DNA from: an uncultured Planctomycetaceae bacterium
GTDB lineage: Bacteria > Planctomycetota > Planctomycetia > Pirellulales > UBA1268
Direction: 5' to 3'
DNA: 47,388 nt
Assembly: GCA_903831155.1 (NCBI GenBank)
Contig: CAIKWU010000569.1
Coordinates: 1 to 47,388, forward strand
Under the pieces are notes generated by a model. It saw only the letters and a list, made by a program, of their open reading frames with translations. It was not told the DNA's origin and did not search any database. Positions 1 to 9,809 of this stretch are shown one piece after another. The position numbers and the translations under genes are program-made. Each line of letters opens with the position of its first letter. The first letter of the stretch is position 1.

Positions 1-3000
1 ACCACGGTGATGCCGAACGCGAGCGCGGCACCCGACGACGCGAGGAGGATCAGCCAGTCCGGCACGAGCCAGGCGACTGCCGGGTCGGGCCGCCCGAGCC
101 CCGAGTAGGCGAAGCGGTGGCCGGCGAGCGGCGGATCGGTCGCCGCCGCGGGCTGTCCGACGGCCTCGCCACCGGCCACGGCCTCGATCCAGGATGCGAG
201 GTCGGCCTCCGCCACGACCGGCTGCTGCCGCCAGCCGAACCCGGCCGGCTCCCAGCGCTGCTGCGAGTTCCAGGAGGCCGGAACGCCCACGACCCGCTCG
301 TCGCCGCGGGCCAGGATCGTCCAGTAGAACCGCCGCTCGATGACGGGCGGGTCGAACGTCGGTGACGCCAGCGGGAGGGGCTCGGGCAGGCCGAGCCGTG
401 CGGCCGCGCCGGACCAGCCTTCGGAACGCGGTGTCACGCTGCGGATGTCGATCCGCCAGCGGCGGCGGGGATCGGCCTCGGGGGGCTCGACCACGACGCG
501 GCCCCCGGGTCGTACGGCATCGGGCACCACGGTGCCGCCGAGGAGCACCTCTCGGGTCGTGCGTCCGGAATCGTCGCCGACGTCACCGGGCAGCGTGCAG
601 GCGATCGGCCCCGTCACTCCCGACACCACGTACGTGGCCACGTCCTCGCGCTGCCCCGGCAGCAGCCTCGTCCGCAGCCACGCCGCCTCGACCACCATGC
701 TTCGCGCCACGTCGCTGCGCCGCATCGAGAGGGCGAGCGGCACCGACGCCTGCGGCCGGGTCGCCGCCCACGTCTGTGCCACGACTCCCCCCGCCGGCGC
801 CACGTCCCGCCGCCACGCATCGCCCCGCATGCCGACGGCGAGCGGTTCGGCAGCCACCACCGTCACCGACTGGCGGCCGACCCCGGCGGCGAGCGGCACG
901 ACCTGCGGCAGGTCGAGCGGCACGGTCGATTCCGGCGGCACGTCGGGAACGGGGAGGCGATAGCGGACGGTGAGGTCGCCGGCGCCGAGCAGCGGCTCGG
1001 GCAGGATCACGCGAAAGGCCTCGTCGTCCGCTCCGGAGTCGGTCGCGGCATCGACCCGCGTGGGATCGAGCGGCTCATCGTCGAGCCGCACCTCGAAGCC
1101 GGCGTCGATGACCGCCCGCGGCACCGAGAGCTCGACGAGTTCGAGCGGCACGTGCATCACGTTCAGGCGGAGCGCCTGATCCACGGCCACCCCGGAGCCG
1201 GCGATCGTCGCCTGCATGGCGAGCACGGCCTCGACCCGACGCGGAAGAAACCGCCGCGCTGCGGCGAAGGCTCCCTCGGCGGCGTCGAGACGGTAGACGA
1301 GCGCGTTGCGATCGGCGTCGGACAGCGGCGCCGAGGAGGCGGTCTGTCGCACCAGCCCGGCGAGGGCGTCGGTGTCGGGCAGGAGCTCGATGTCGCTTCG
1401 CGACGTCACCACGACGACGGCCGGGCCGACGAGGTCGGCCCGCGGCGCGGGCAGCGTCCAGGCCACGCGGTCGGCATCCTTGTCCAGCGGCCGGCTCGCC
1501 CGGAGCTCGACGATCGCGTCGCCCGCGAGGGCCTGGGTGAACGGGATCGTGACCACGCCCCCCTCCGCCACCACCGCCGCCACGTCCACGGCTCCCGCCG
1601 GCCCCGACTCGTCGATGCTCCATGCCGGATCGAGTGCGAGCGAGATCCCGTTGATCGGCGCCCCGCGAACCGCGACGCGAAGCCGCGCGTCGAGGCTCAC
1701 GCGGGTGCCGCCCACGTCGTAGCGATACTCGGGCTCGATCACCACCCGGCTCCGCCGCGGCCGCACCCGCATCGTGAGTGATGCCGGGAGCCCGTCGTAG
1801 GCGAACGCCGCGATGAATCCGGGCCGCCGCGCGAACGCCGGCGGGTCGACGCGGCGCACGTCCGCCGTGTCGCTCCAGGTGACCTGCCAGTCGCCATCGA
1901 CGAGGAGGCTCAGCCGGCCCCACTGCCGCCACGACGAAATGCCCTCCACCGCAAAGCCGACCGGATCGAACGCCGCGGCCCCCGAGGGATCGATCGAACG
2001 CTCGCAGGACAGCGAGACGGTCGCCGCGCCGGAGGCATCGACCGGCACCGAGACGTCGATCGTCGGAACCTCGGGCGTGCCGCCGCGGGCCACGAGCGCG
2101 GCCGGGGCGCGGATCTCGCGGAGCACCGACCGCGGCGGCAGCGAGATCCGCAGCGGGCTGGTGGCTGCCAGCCGCGCGAGGGTGATGGTGGCCTCGGTGA
2201 TCGCGTTCCGGCCATCGACCCGCACGACCGCCTCGGTGACCGCTTCGGCCGCCGCCCGCGGCTCCGCCACGGTGGCCGACGCCACCACGATCCGGGCGTC
2301 GCCCGACAGGCCGGCGAGCGAGACGACGCTGCCGCCCCCCTCCGCCGTCGCCACGTCGCGGTCGGGCGCCGGAGGCTCGGACCGCACGATCGGATCGGCG
2401 CGGCTGGTGGACACCTCGATCCGCGACGCCACGGCGGCCGGCATCCGGATCGCGAACGCGTCCTGCTCGCGTCCGGTCTCGACCGGCAGGCGGCCCTCGA
2501 GGACCACGACGTGCCGCACGTCGCCCCCCGCCTCGGGCCGCGCGTCGAACCAGGCGCGGTATCCGCCTCCGGGTGCCGCGTCGACGAGCATCCTCCCGGG
2601 CCCCTCGTGGCGGGGCGGGCCGGCAAGCAGCAGGCCGGCCGATTCAAGCGGCACCATCGCCCACCCGGGCGCCGACTGCGTGATCGTGAACTCGATCGTC
2701 GCGGGGCAGGTGAATCCCGCGCGGCCGGCCGGCTGGTCGGCGGGAGGCGTGAGGCCTCGACCATCGATCCTCGCCACCACGGTGTCGAGCACGGCGGCCG
2801 GCGGCTGGAGCGGGCCGGCGAGACCTTCCTTCACTCGCAGCAGATCCATGAAGTCGCGGTATCGGAACCCGGGAACCGGCACGAGCCCCCCCTCTTCGCC
2901 CTCCACATAGAAGAGTTCGGGGCCGACCTCCCGAACCTGCACGCCGCCTCCGGGCTCGACCGCCGGAGCCGGCCCCGGCTGCCACCAGGCGACGATCGCC

Positions 3001-3089
3001 CACGAAGCGAACGCCAGCAGCGCCGCGGCGCACCGCGATCCCGGCCGCCGGCCGCGGCGCAGCGTTCGCCGTCTCAGGCTGCCGATCAC
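1..3089 (-). CDS. large hypothetical membrane-anchored/envelope protein, truncated by the window edge (more than 1029 aa visible)
   Basis: Manual reverse-complement translation gives one uninterrupted frame from GTG (3089-3087) to position 3. It is missing from the ORF track because it has no stop inside the window. GC3 is high. The N-terminus has a basic stretch plus a hydrophobic helix (AAALLAFASWAIVAWW), and a second hydrophobic helix lies near the edge (WLILLASSGAALAFGI). The plus-strand ORFs here are S/T/R/P-rich shadows. The start is uncertain: in-frame GTGs at 3116 and 3131 and an ATG at 3242 are also open. Confidence 0.6.
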   Translation of the reverse strand, partial: MIGSLRRRTLRRGRRPGSRCAAALLAFASWAIVAWWQPGPAPAVEPGGGVQVREVGPELFYVEGEEGGLVPVPGFRYRDFMDLLRVKEGLAGPLQPPAAVLDTVVARIDGRGLTPPADQPAGRAGFTCPATIEFTITQSAPGWAMVPLESAGLLLAGPPRHEGPGRMLVDAAPGGGYRAWFDARPEAGGDVRHVVVLEGRLPVETGREQDAFAIRMPAAVASRIEVSTSRADPIVRSEPPAPDRDVATAEGGGSVVSLAGLSGDARIVVASATVAEPRAAAEAVTEAVVRVDGRNAITEATITLARLAATSPLRISLPPRSVLREIRAPAALVARGGTPEVPTIDVSVPVDASGAATVSLSCERSIDPSGAAAFDPVGFAVEGISSWRQWGRLSLLVDGDWQVTWSDTADVRRVDPPAFARRPGFIAAFAYDGLPASLTMRVRPRRSRVVIEPEYRYDVGGTRVSLDARLRVAVRGAPINGISLALDPAWSIDESGPAGAVDVAAVVAEGGVVTIPFTQALAGDAIVELRASRPLDKDADRVAWTLPAPRADLVGPAVVVVTSRSDIELLPDTDALAGLVRQTASSAPLSDADRNALVYRLDAAEGAFAAARRFLPRRVEAVLAMQATIAGSGVAVDQALRLNVMHVPLELVELSVPRAVIDAGFEVRLDDEPLDPTRVDAATDSGADDEAFRVILPEPLLGAGDLTVRYRLPVPDVPPESTVPLDLPQVVPLAAGVGRQSVTVVAAEPLAVGMRGDAWRRDVAPAGGVVAQTWAATRPQASVPLALSMRRSDVARSMVVEAAWLRTRLLPGQREDVATYVVSGVTGPIACTLPGDVGDDSGRTTREVLLGGTVVPDAVRPGGRVVVEPPEADPRRRWRIDIRSVTPRSEGWSGAAARLGLPEPLPLASPTFDPPVIERRFYWTILARGDERVVGVPASWNSQQRWEPAGFGWRQQPVVAEADLASWIEAVAGGEAVGQPAAATDPPLAGHRFAYSGLGRPDPAVAWLVPDWLILLASSGAALAFGITV

Positions 3090-3289
3090 GGTTCGCTCGA
3101 CTGGATGCTGCTGCACGAACTCACGCTGCACGAAGAGAATGTCTCGCCTGAAATCTAGCCCGAAACACACCGCAGAGGGCGCATTCCACGCAGCTTCGTC
3201 AGGCTGCGGGACCGTTACCGGCCGTTTTACCGGCCCATTCATCACGATCGGCACGGATGCCGTCGTGACGCCGGGCTCACGAGCCCCCG

Positions 3290-4111
3290 TCAGCCGAGCA
3301 TTCGCCGGAACGTTGCCAGCAGTTCGGGCGTGCTGGCCGCGATGACGGCCGGGGCATCGAGGTCGAGACCGTCGGCGCTTCCCTCGAAGCCCCCCACCGC
3401 ACAGCCCGCCTCCCGGGCGATCAGGATGCCGGCAGCCACGTCCCAGCAGCTGATGCGGCGCACCCAGAAGGCGTGCATGCGGCCGCAGGCGACATACGCG
3501 AGATTGAGGGCCGTCGATCCGGTGCGCCGGATCGCCTGCACGTGCGGCAGCACCGCCAGAAAGTCGCGAACCGCGGGGGCGTCGACCGTGACGTGCGTCG
3601 GAAAGCTCACGGCCGCGACGGCCTCGTCGCTGACGCGCACCGCCGGAGGCGAGATCGGCTCGCCGTTGAGAAACGCGCCGCCGCCACGACGGGCGGTGAA
3701 ACACTCGTCGCGAAGCGGATCGTGGATCGTCGCCACCAGGAGATCATCGCCGTCGGCCAGCGCGATCGACACGCAGTAGGCGGGGAATCCATGCACGTAG
3801 TTGGTGGTGCCGTCGAGCGGATCGACGATCCAGCGGAGCCCCGAGCCGGAGTGGCCGGGCTGGCCCGGCGGCGGACGCGTGGCGATGCCGTCGGCTTCCT
3901 CCCCCACGAACCCGTGCCGGGGAAACGCCTCGAGCACGATCCGGCGGACCTCGGCCTGCGCGGCATGGTCGGCCTCGGTGACGAGGTCGCGGGGCCCCTT
4001 GGCCTGCGCGGTGAATCGGCCGCGCCACGCCGTGAGCACCCGTCCGGCGGCGCGGGCCGCGGCCTCGCAGACGGCGAGTGGATCGTGTTCGGTCCCGATG
4101 TCGGCTGTCAT
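3290..4111 (-). CDS. inositol monophosphatase family protein (SuhB/CysQ-like)
   Basis: 273-aa ORF with IMPase family motifs GFVGEEAD, WIVDPLDGTTNYVHGFP and C-terminal WDVAAG. Confidence 0.9.
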   Translation of the reverse strand: MTADIGTEHDPLAVCEAAARAAGRVLTAWRGRFTAQAKGPRDLVTEADHAAQAEVRRIVLEAFPRHGFVGEEADGIATRPPPGQPGHSGSGLRWIVDPLDGTTNYVHGFPAYCVSIALADGDDLLVATIHDPLRDECFTARRGGGAFLNGEPISPPAVRVSDEAVAAVSFPTHVTVDAPAVRDFLAVLPHVQAIRRTGSTALNLAYVACGRMHAFWVRRISCWDVAAGILIAREAGCAVGGFEGSADGLDLDAPAVIAASTPELLATFRRMLG

Positions 4112-4190
4112 GGCGACGAGTGTATCGCACCTCCGTGCGGCACGCCGACGCTACACTCATGGCCGCCCTCCGCGAGGCTCCGCGGAGACC

Positions 4191-4901
4191 ATGCCGGACA
4201 CAGCCATGCCCGACACGATCGACACCCCGTGGCCCGACGCGGGTTGGTTCCGCACGCCGAACGGCCGCACCGCCCGACTCGATCCCGCGCTGCCGCTGCA
4301 CGGCATCGGGGTCGAGGTCGCCGGCCTGCACGATCGCCTTCTCGGGATCGACCTCGCAGCCGGAGCGACGCCGCCGGTCGTGGACCGCTGGTGCCGCGGC
4401 CGCGACCTGACGCTCGTGACCGAGCCGGCCGACGGGCGGTCGCTGCGGGCCACGGTGACGTGGCGGTTCCTCGAACAACCGCCCGGCATCGACGCGTGGG
4501 AGGCGGTGGTCTCGGCGCAGACGTCGCTCCTCGACAGCGACGCCACGCTCTCGGTGCTCTCCGACGTCGATGCCGGGGAGGTCGTGGCCGGCTCCGGTCG
4601 GGGCGACTGGCGACGGGCGACCGGCGGCGCCCTTCCGGAAGGCGCGACCGCCGTGATCGCGCGGCGGCCGGCGACGAGCGTGCTCGTCGCCGTGCACCCG
4701 GCCGACCTCCGCCGCATCGACGTGGCCCTGCGGGACTCGGTCGCGCACGTGGAGTGCCGGCTGTTCGCCTCGGCGATCGAGAAGGGCGTGCTCCTCCGCA
4801 GCCGCGTCCTCGCGGCGATCGGCCCTCGGGAGCACGACGACGCCTGGGCAGCCCGCCTGCTCGACGCCTTCGTGGCGTCTCCGCCGCCGCTCGCCACCTG
4901 A
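4191..4901 (+). CDS. hypothetical protein
   Basis: This is the in-frame tail of track ORF 3801-4901. The ATG at 4191 (MPDTAMPDTIDTPW...) lies just past the divergent IMPase gene. GC3 is high and the composition is non-repetitive. No motif was recognised. Confidence 0.55.
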   Translation: MPDTAMPDTIDTPWPDAGWFRTPNGRTARLDPALPLHGIGVEVAGLHDRLLGIDLAAGATPPVVDRWCRGRDLTLVTEPADGRSLRATVTWRFLEQPPGIDAWEAVVSAQTSLLDSDATLSVLSDVDAGEVVAGSGRGDWRRATGGALPEGATAVIARRPATSVLVAVHPADLRRIDVALRDSVAHVECRLFASAIEKGVLLRSRVLAAIGPREHDDAWAARLLDAFVASPPPLAT

Positions 4902-5080
4902 GCCGGCAAAAGCCGCCGTATTTTGGCGTGGCATGAAATCGCCGGACGGCGTTACATTGCCCCCATCTTTCCTGGATTTCCGTTCGCCACGGACCGGCGG
5001 CCGCGGTCACCCGCGGAACCACGGATCGGTCGCCCCGCGCGGCCTTCTCCCCGTCGGTCCGTCATGGAGGAGGTGCGATC

Positions 5081-6355
5081 ATGGCCGACATCGTGTTCGC
5101 GTTCGATCCCGCGATCCATCGTCCGATCCCCGTGCCGGATGCGGCGCCCGCCGACGTGGCCGGCGCGGTCGCAGGTGCGGCGATCGCCGCGGTCGAGGAG
5201 GCGGCCGACGTGGCCGCGAAGGCCGGCGCGACGGCGCTGGTGATCTGCGGCCGGCTGCTCGATCCTTCTCGGGCCAGCCCGGCACAGGCGGCGCGGCTGC
5301 GGCGGATGATCGTGGCACTGGCGACCGGGGGCTGCCGCACCGTCATGTTCGCCGACGACACCGCGGTGTGCCACGACCTCGCGAGGATGCTCGGCGAGCC
5401 CCGCGGCCTCGCCTTCGTGACGCCCGCCGCGCCGCTCGCGGTCGACGTGCGTGGCCTCTCCGTGGAACTCGTCTCGGCGCACGGCCCTGCCGGCGCGGGT
5501 GCGGCCGATGCCGTGACCGCAGGGCCCTCGCCGCTGCACCGTCGCGTCGTGCTCGGCTGGGACAACGCGCTCTGGTCGGCCGACCGCTGGGCTCCCGACG
5601 AACCGGCGTATGGCGTCGTGCCCACGCCGCGGCTCACACCCACCGCGGCCGCCTTCGCGTCGGCGGCTGCGGCGTCGGCCGCCTGGTCACAGCCCGGCAC
5701 GTTCTGGATCTGGGCGTCGCGACAGCCGCAGGCCCTTCCCCCGGGAGTTCACTTTCTGCCGCCGCTGCAGCCGCGGTCGGCCGACGAGGCCTCTTCGGGG
5801 GCCTGCTGCACGCTCACGCTCCTCGACCGCGCGGCCGTCGAGGTGGTCGACCCCGACGGCATCGCCGCGCCGCACGCCGAGTGGCGGGGCTCGTGGCGGG
5901 AGGTGCCCACGCACCGCGTCGCCTGGCGAACGGTCGAGGTGGAATCACCCACGGGGGGCGACGAGGAACTCGCCACCGCCATCTGGTCGGCGCTGGAGAA
6001 GCAGCCGCGGGAGCGGCCCGCCGCCGTGGAACTGATCCGCTGCTCGATCGCCTGCGGCACGAGCGTGGCCCGCCGCGTCCGCGTCGGCGAGATCGCGGCC
6101 GAGACGCTCGCGCGGCTTCGCGGCCTCTACGACGCCCGGACCTTTCCCTGGTGGTGCGTCGATCTCGTCGCCGAGCCGACGGAATCGCTCGCCCCGCTCG
6201 GCCATGCCCGCTCGGGCAGCCGCCCCGGCTCCACCACCTCGTTCTCGTCGGCACTTGCCGACATCGTGACCATGGTCGAGCAGTCGCAGACGCTTTCCGC
6301 CGCCGAGGCCCGCGAAGCGGGCTGGCTCGCCCTCGAGCTCATCGAATCGGTCTGA
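5081..6355 (+). CDS. SbcD/YhaO-like (calcineurin-like phosphoesterase fold) protein with degenerate catalytic motifs; partner of the downstream ATPase
   Basis: 424-aa ORF with a strong RBS (GGAGGAGG, 7 nt upstream of the ATG). The N-terminal strand-helix-strand pattern IVFAFDPAIH ... ALVICGRLLD ... RTVMFADD lines up with metallophosphoesterase motifs I-III, but the expected H/D/N ligands are replaced. The gene ends 40 nt upstream of a Rad50/YhaN-like ATPase gene. The family assignment is an inference. Confidence 0.55.
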   Translation: MADIVFAFDPAIHRPIPVPDAAPADVAGAVAGAAIAAVEEAADVAAKAGATALVICGRLLDPSRASPAQAARLRRMIVALATGGCRTVMFADDTAVCHDLARMLGEPRGLAFVTPAAPLAVDVRGLSVELVSAHGPAGAGAADAVTAGPSPLHRRVVLGWDNALWSADRWAPDEPAYGVVPTPRLTPTAAAFASAAAASAAWSQPGTFWIWASRQPQALPPGVHFLPPLQPRSADEASSGACCTLTLLDRAAVEVVDPDGIAAPHAEWRGSWREVPTHRVAWRTVEVESPTGGDEELATAIWSALEKQPRERPAAVELIRCSIACGTSVARRVRVGEIAAETLARLRGLYDARTFPWWCVDLVAEPTESLAPLGHARSGSRPGSTTSFSSALADIVTMVEQSQTLSAAEAREAGWLALELIESV

Positions 6356-6395
6356 CCCGCCTCCTTCCCGTTCCCCGCCCCGCGGAGCCCGCAGG

Positions 6396-9300
6396 ATGTT
6401 CATCGAACGCATCGACGTCGAACGATTCGGCGCCCTGGAACGCACGACGATCGACCGGCTTGGCCCCGGCGTGCAGGTGCTCCACGGCACCAACGAGACC
6501 GGCAAGACCACGCTGCTGGAGTTCGTCCGCGCGGTCTTCTTCGGCTTCGAGGGGCTGTTCCGCCGCGGCGTGCTCGACGCCCGCCGCGCGTGCGCCGGCC
6601 GGCTGCTCGTCCGCATGCCTCCCGAGCGGACGCTGATCGAGATCGAGCGGCGCCACGAGGGCCCCGAGCTCGCCACGCTCACCAACGAGAGCTACGCCGA
6701 CGACGTTGTCGGCCTCGGCGGCGACGCCGGCGACCTGATCCGCATCAGCGACGTCGACCCCCGCCACGACGACGCGGCGCGGCACCGCATCTACCTCCAG
6801 GATCTCGTCGGCGACATCGACGAAACCACCTTCACCAGCGTGATGGCCTTCGGCCTCGACGAGCTCCACGAACTGCGGACACTCGAGCCCGAGGGCTGCG
6901 GCCGCCGGCTCTACGAGCTCGCGGCGGGCCTCGACCGCTCGACGGTGGCCCGGGTGCTCGCGCATCTCCGCGACGCCATGCAGCGGCTCGATGCCCGCGA
7001 GCCCTCGCTCTCACCGATCGCCTCGCTCGAGGCCCGCCGCGACGACGTGCTCGAGCGCATGGCCGCAGCGGGCGCCCCCGCGGTGGCCGCGGGAGCACTC
7101 TGGACCGAACTGGCGCACCTCGACTCCGAGATCGCCGCGATCGAGCCGCGCATCGCGACGGCGGAGCGGGGCGAGGAGGTGGTCCGCGGCGTGCTGGCCC
7201 TCGAGCCGCTGCACGCCGAGTGGCGGCGGACGGCCGACCGGCTCGCGGCGCTCGAATCCGTGCCGCTCGTCCACGCCGATCGCGACTCCTGGCGGCTGGC
7301 GAGCCGCCGCCTCCGCCGCGCCGAGCGGCTCGCGCGGAAGCGGAAGAAGCTCCGCGGCAAGCTCGCGAGGGAACTCCGCGACCTGCCGGCCGAGACGGCC
7401 GTGTGGCGGAAGCGGGCCATCGTGACCGCGATCCTCGAGGAGGCCCCGAAGCTCGAGCGGCTCGCCGCCGAGGCGGCCCGCGCCGAGAGCCATGCACGGC
7501 TCGCGGCCCGCCGGTTCGGCGAGCAGGTGGGCCTCGCAGGGCTCTCGCGGGTGGTGCCGATCGCCACGACTCTCGACGACGAGGGCGCGACGATCCCCGA
7601 CGTGCTCCTCCCCGAGGGCTTCGCGCTCTCCTTCGGCCCGCTGCGGTCCCGGGCCCGCGACTGCAGCCGCGCCTCCCACGAGGTGGCCGAGGCCCGCCGC
7701 GGCCTCGCCGAGGCGAAGCGGTCGCTCGACGACACCCGCGGGACCGTGCAGGGTGCGGGATCCGGGCTCGCCGGGCTCACCATCGCGGAGGCCATCGAGC
7801 GGGCCTCCTCGCGGGCCGCCGCCATCCGCAGGCGGATCACCGCCGGCGACCAGCTCGCGGAGCTCGACCGCTCGATCGCGGCGATCGAACGCGCGGTGGC
7901 CGAGAGCGTGGGCAACCAGCTCGTGCCCGCCCCGTGGCTGATCGGGCTCGGCACGCTGTTCACGATCGGCATCGGCATGCTGCTCTCGGGCCTGCTCCTG
8001 CCCCGCGAGGTCACCGGCTCGATGGCCTACGCCATGGCCGCACTCGGGCTCGCGGGCGCCGGCGTGGCGTCGGCGACGACCTGGTCGCTCGACAAGAGCA
8101 CGACCGTCCGGCTCGACGCCCTGCGGCACCAACTGGAGGTGGCGACGGGGCAGCGGGACGAGCTCGCCGAGCAGTGCGGTGCGCTCGACGGCGAGATCCC
8201 GGCCGATGCGGCCACGTCGCTCGACCGGCGGCTCGCCCTCGCCCAGGCCGAGGTGCAGCGGCTCGAGGAGCTTCTCGCCCGCGAGGGCTCGATGCACGTG
8301 CTCGCCGACCGCGTCACGCTCGCGGAGCAGGCGGTCGCCCGCGCCGGCGAGTCGCGGAAGGCGGCCCGCGGCCGCTGGCGGAAGGCGCTGGCCCAGCGGG
8401 GGCTGCCACAGGATCTCTCCCCACGCGAGGTGCGGCAGATCGCCGCCCACCGCCACACGCTGCTCACGCTCGACGACGACCGCCGCCGGCTCTCCGAAGA
8501 GGCCCGCCAGAAGCGGGAGGAGCTCGCAGCGCTCGCCCGCCGGATCGACGAGGTGCTCGTGGAGTGTGAACTGGCCCCCGAGGCCACTCCGGCCGAGCAC
8601 CTCGAGCTCCTGCAGGACCGGCTCGACGCCGAGCGGAAGGCGATCCGCCGCCGCAGCCAGCTCACCCGGCGGCTCGAGTCGGCGCGCCGCCGGCACCGCA
8701 GCGTGCTGCGGCAGGTGCGCGTGGCCGAGCGGGCCGTGAAGGAGTTCCTCGACCGCTGGTCCGCCTCGACCGCCGAGGAGTTCCTCGCGAAGGTCGACCG
8801 CCGCCCCGAGTATGAGGAGGCCAGCGCCGCCGCGGCCGTGGCGGAGACCGTCTGGTCCGACGCCCGCCGACGGACGACCGAGCCCCCGGAAGTGGATCGC
8901 TGGCTGGCGGAGGCCCAGGTTGTGCCGCTCGCGAAGCGGCTGGCGGAGGCCCGCGACGTCACGCTCCGGCACCGGGCCACGCTCGCTTCGGCCGTCGAGC
9001 GGCGCGAGGCGGTGCTCGCCCGCGTGGAGGCCGCGGCGGGCGACCACACGCTCGAGCCGCTGCAGGCGGAACTCGCCGCCATCGAGGACGCGCTCGTGCA
9101 GCAGCAGCAGCGGCGTGATCTCCTCCACCGCGCCCACGTGCTCCTCGAGCAGACGCGTGCCGCCGTGGCTCGCGACCACCAGCCGCCCGTGCTTCGCGAC
9201 GCCTCCCGCTGGCTGGCCCGGCTCACCGACGGCCGCTACCCGTCGATCACCACCGCGATCGACGAGGCCCGGCTGGAGGTGCACGACTCCGAAGGCGACG

Positions 9301-9809
9301 TCTGGAACCCTGAGCGGCTCAGCCGCGGCACGCGGGAGCAGGTGTTCCTGGCGCTGCGGCTGGCGCTGATCCGCGACCTCGGCCGCCACGACGTCAGCCT
9401 GCCGGTGGTGATGGACGACGCGCTGGTCAACTTCGACGACGCCCGGGCGCGGTCGGCGGCCCGCGTGCTGGTCGAGTTCATCGAGGAGCAGGCGTCGGAC
9501 CGGCAGATGCTCGTGCTCACCTGCCACGAGCACGTGGCACGGATCTTTGCGGCGGCCGGCGCCCATGTGCGGTCGTTCTCCGACCCGACGCCGCTCTGGA
9601 AGGCGCCTCCGGCGGCCGTGCCACTGCCGGAACCGAAGCCCGCGCCGCGCCCGCTGCCGCCGGTCGTCGAAGCAACGCCCATCGCCCCACCGCCTGCGGA
9701 GCCGGCCATCGACGACGGCGACCTCTGGCCCGCCGAGGCGTTCTTCTTCGGCTCGGCCGCCGTGAAGGCCGATGCGGAGAAGCCGAGGCGCGGCCGCCGG
9801 CGATCCTGA
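6396..9809 (+). CDS. SMC/Rad50-like AAA ATPase (YhaN/SbcC-type) with long coiled coils and a central predicted membrane hairpin
   Basis: 1137-aa ORF. The N-terminal head reads FIERIDVERFGAL...LHGTNETGKTTLLEF (Walker A). The C-terminal head carries the signature LSRGTREQVFLALRLAL, Walker B LPVVMDDALVNFD and an H-loop LVLTCHEH. The roughly 850 aa between them are heptad-like and rich in E, R, A and L. Two hydrophobic segments lie mid-protein (nt about 7927-8090). The C-terminal tail is Pro-rich. Confidence 0.85.
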   Translation: MFIERIDVERFGALERTTIDRLGPGVQVLHGTNETGKTTLLEFVRAVFFGFEGLFRRGVLDARRACAGRLLVRMPPERTLIEIERRHEGPELATLTNESYADDVVGLGGDAGDLIRISDVDPRHDDAARHRIYLQDLVGDIDETTFTSVMAFGLDELHELRTLEPEGCGRRLYELAAGLDRSTVARVLAHLRDAMQRLDAREPSLSPIASLEARRDDVLERMAAAGAPAVAAGALWTELAHLDSEIAAIEPRIATAERGEEVVRGVLALEPLHAEWRRTADRLAALESVPLVHADRDSWRLASRRLRRAERLARKRKKLRGKLARELRDLPAETAVWRKRAIVTAILEEAPKLERLAAEAARAESHARLAARRFGEQVGLAGLSRVVPIATTLDDEGATIPDVLLPEGFALSFGPLRSRARDCSRASHEVAEARRGLAEAKRSLDDTRGTVQGAGSGLAGLTIAEAIERASSRAAAIRRRITAGDQLAELDRSIAAIERAVAESVGNQLVPAPWLIGLGTLFTIGIGMLLSGLLLPREVTGSMAYAMAALGLAGAGVASATTWSLDKSTTVRLDALRHQLEVATGQRDELAEQCGALDGEIPADAATSLDRRLALAQAEVQRLEELLAREGSMHVLADRVTLAEQAVARAGESRKAARGRWRKALAQRGLPQDLSPREVRQIAAHRHTLLTLDDDRRRLSEEARQKREELAALARRIDEVLVECELAPEATPAEHLELLQDRLDAERKAIRRRSQLTRRLESARRRHRSVLRQVRVAERAVKEFLDRWSASTAEEFLAKVDRRPEYEEASAAAAVAETVWSDARRRTTEPPEVDRWLAEAQVVPLAKRLAEARDVTLRHRATLASAVERREAVLARVEAAAGDHTLEPLQAELAAIEDALVQQQQRRDLLHRAHVLLEQTRAAVARDHQPPVLRDASRWLARLTDGRYPSITTAIDEARLEVHDSEGDVWNPERLSRGTREQVFLALRLALIRDLGRHDVSLPVVMDDALVNFDDARARSAARVLVEFIEEQASDRQMLVLTCHEHVARIFAAAGAHVRSFSDPTPLWKAPPAAVPLPEPKPAPRPLPPVVEATPIAPPPAEPAIDDGDLWPAEAFFFGSAAVKADAEKPRRGRRRS

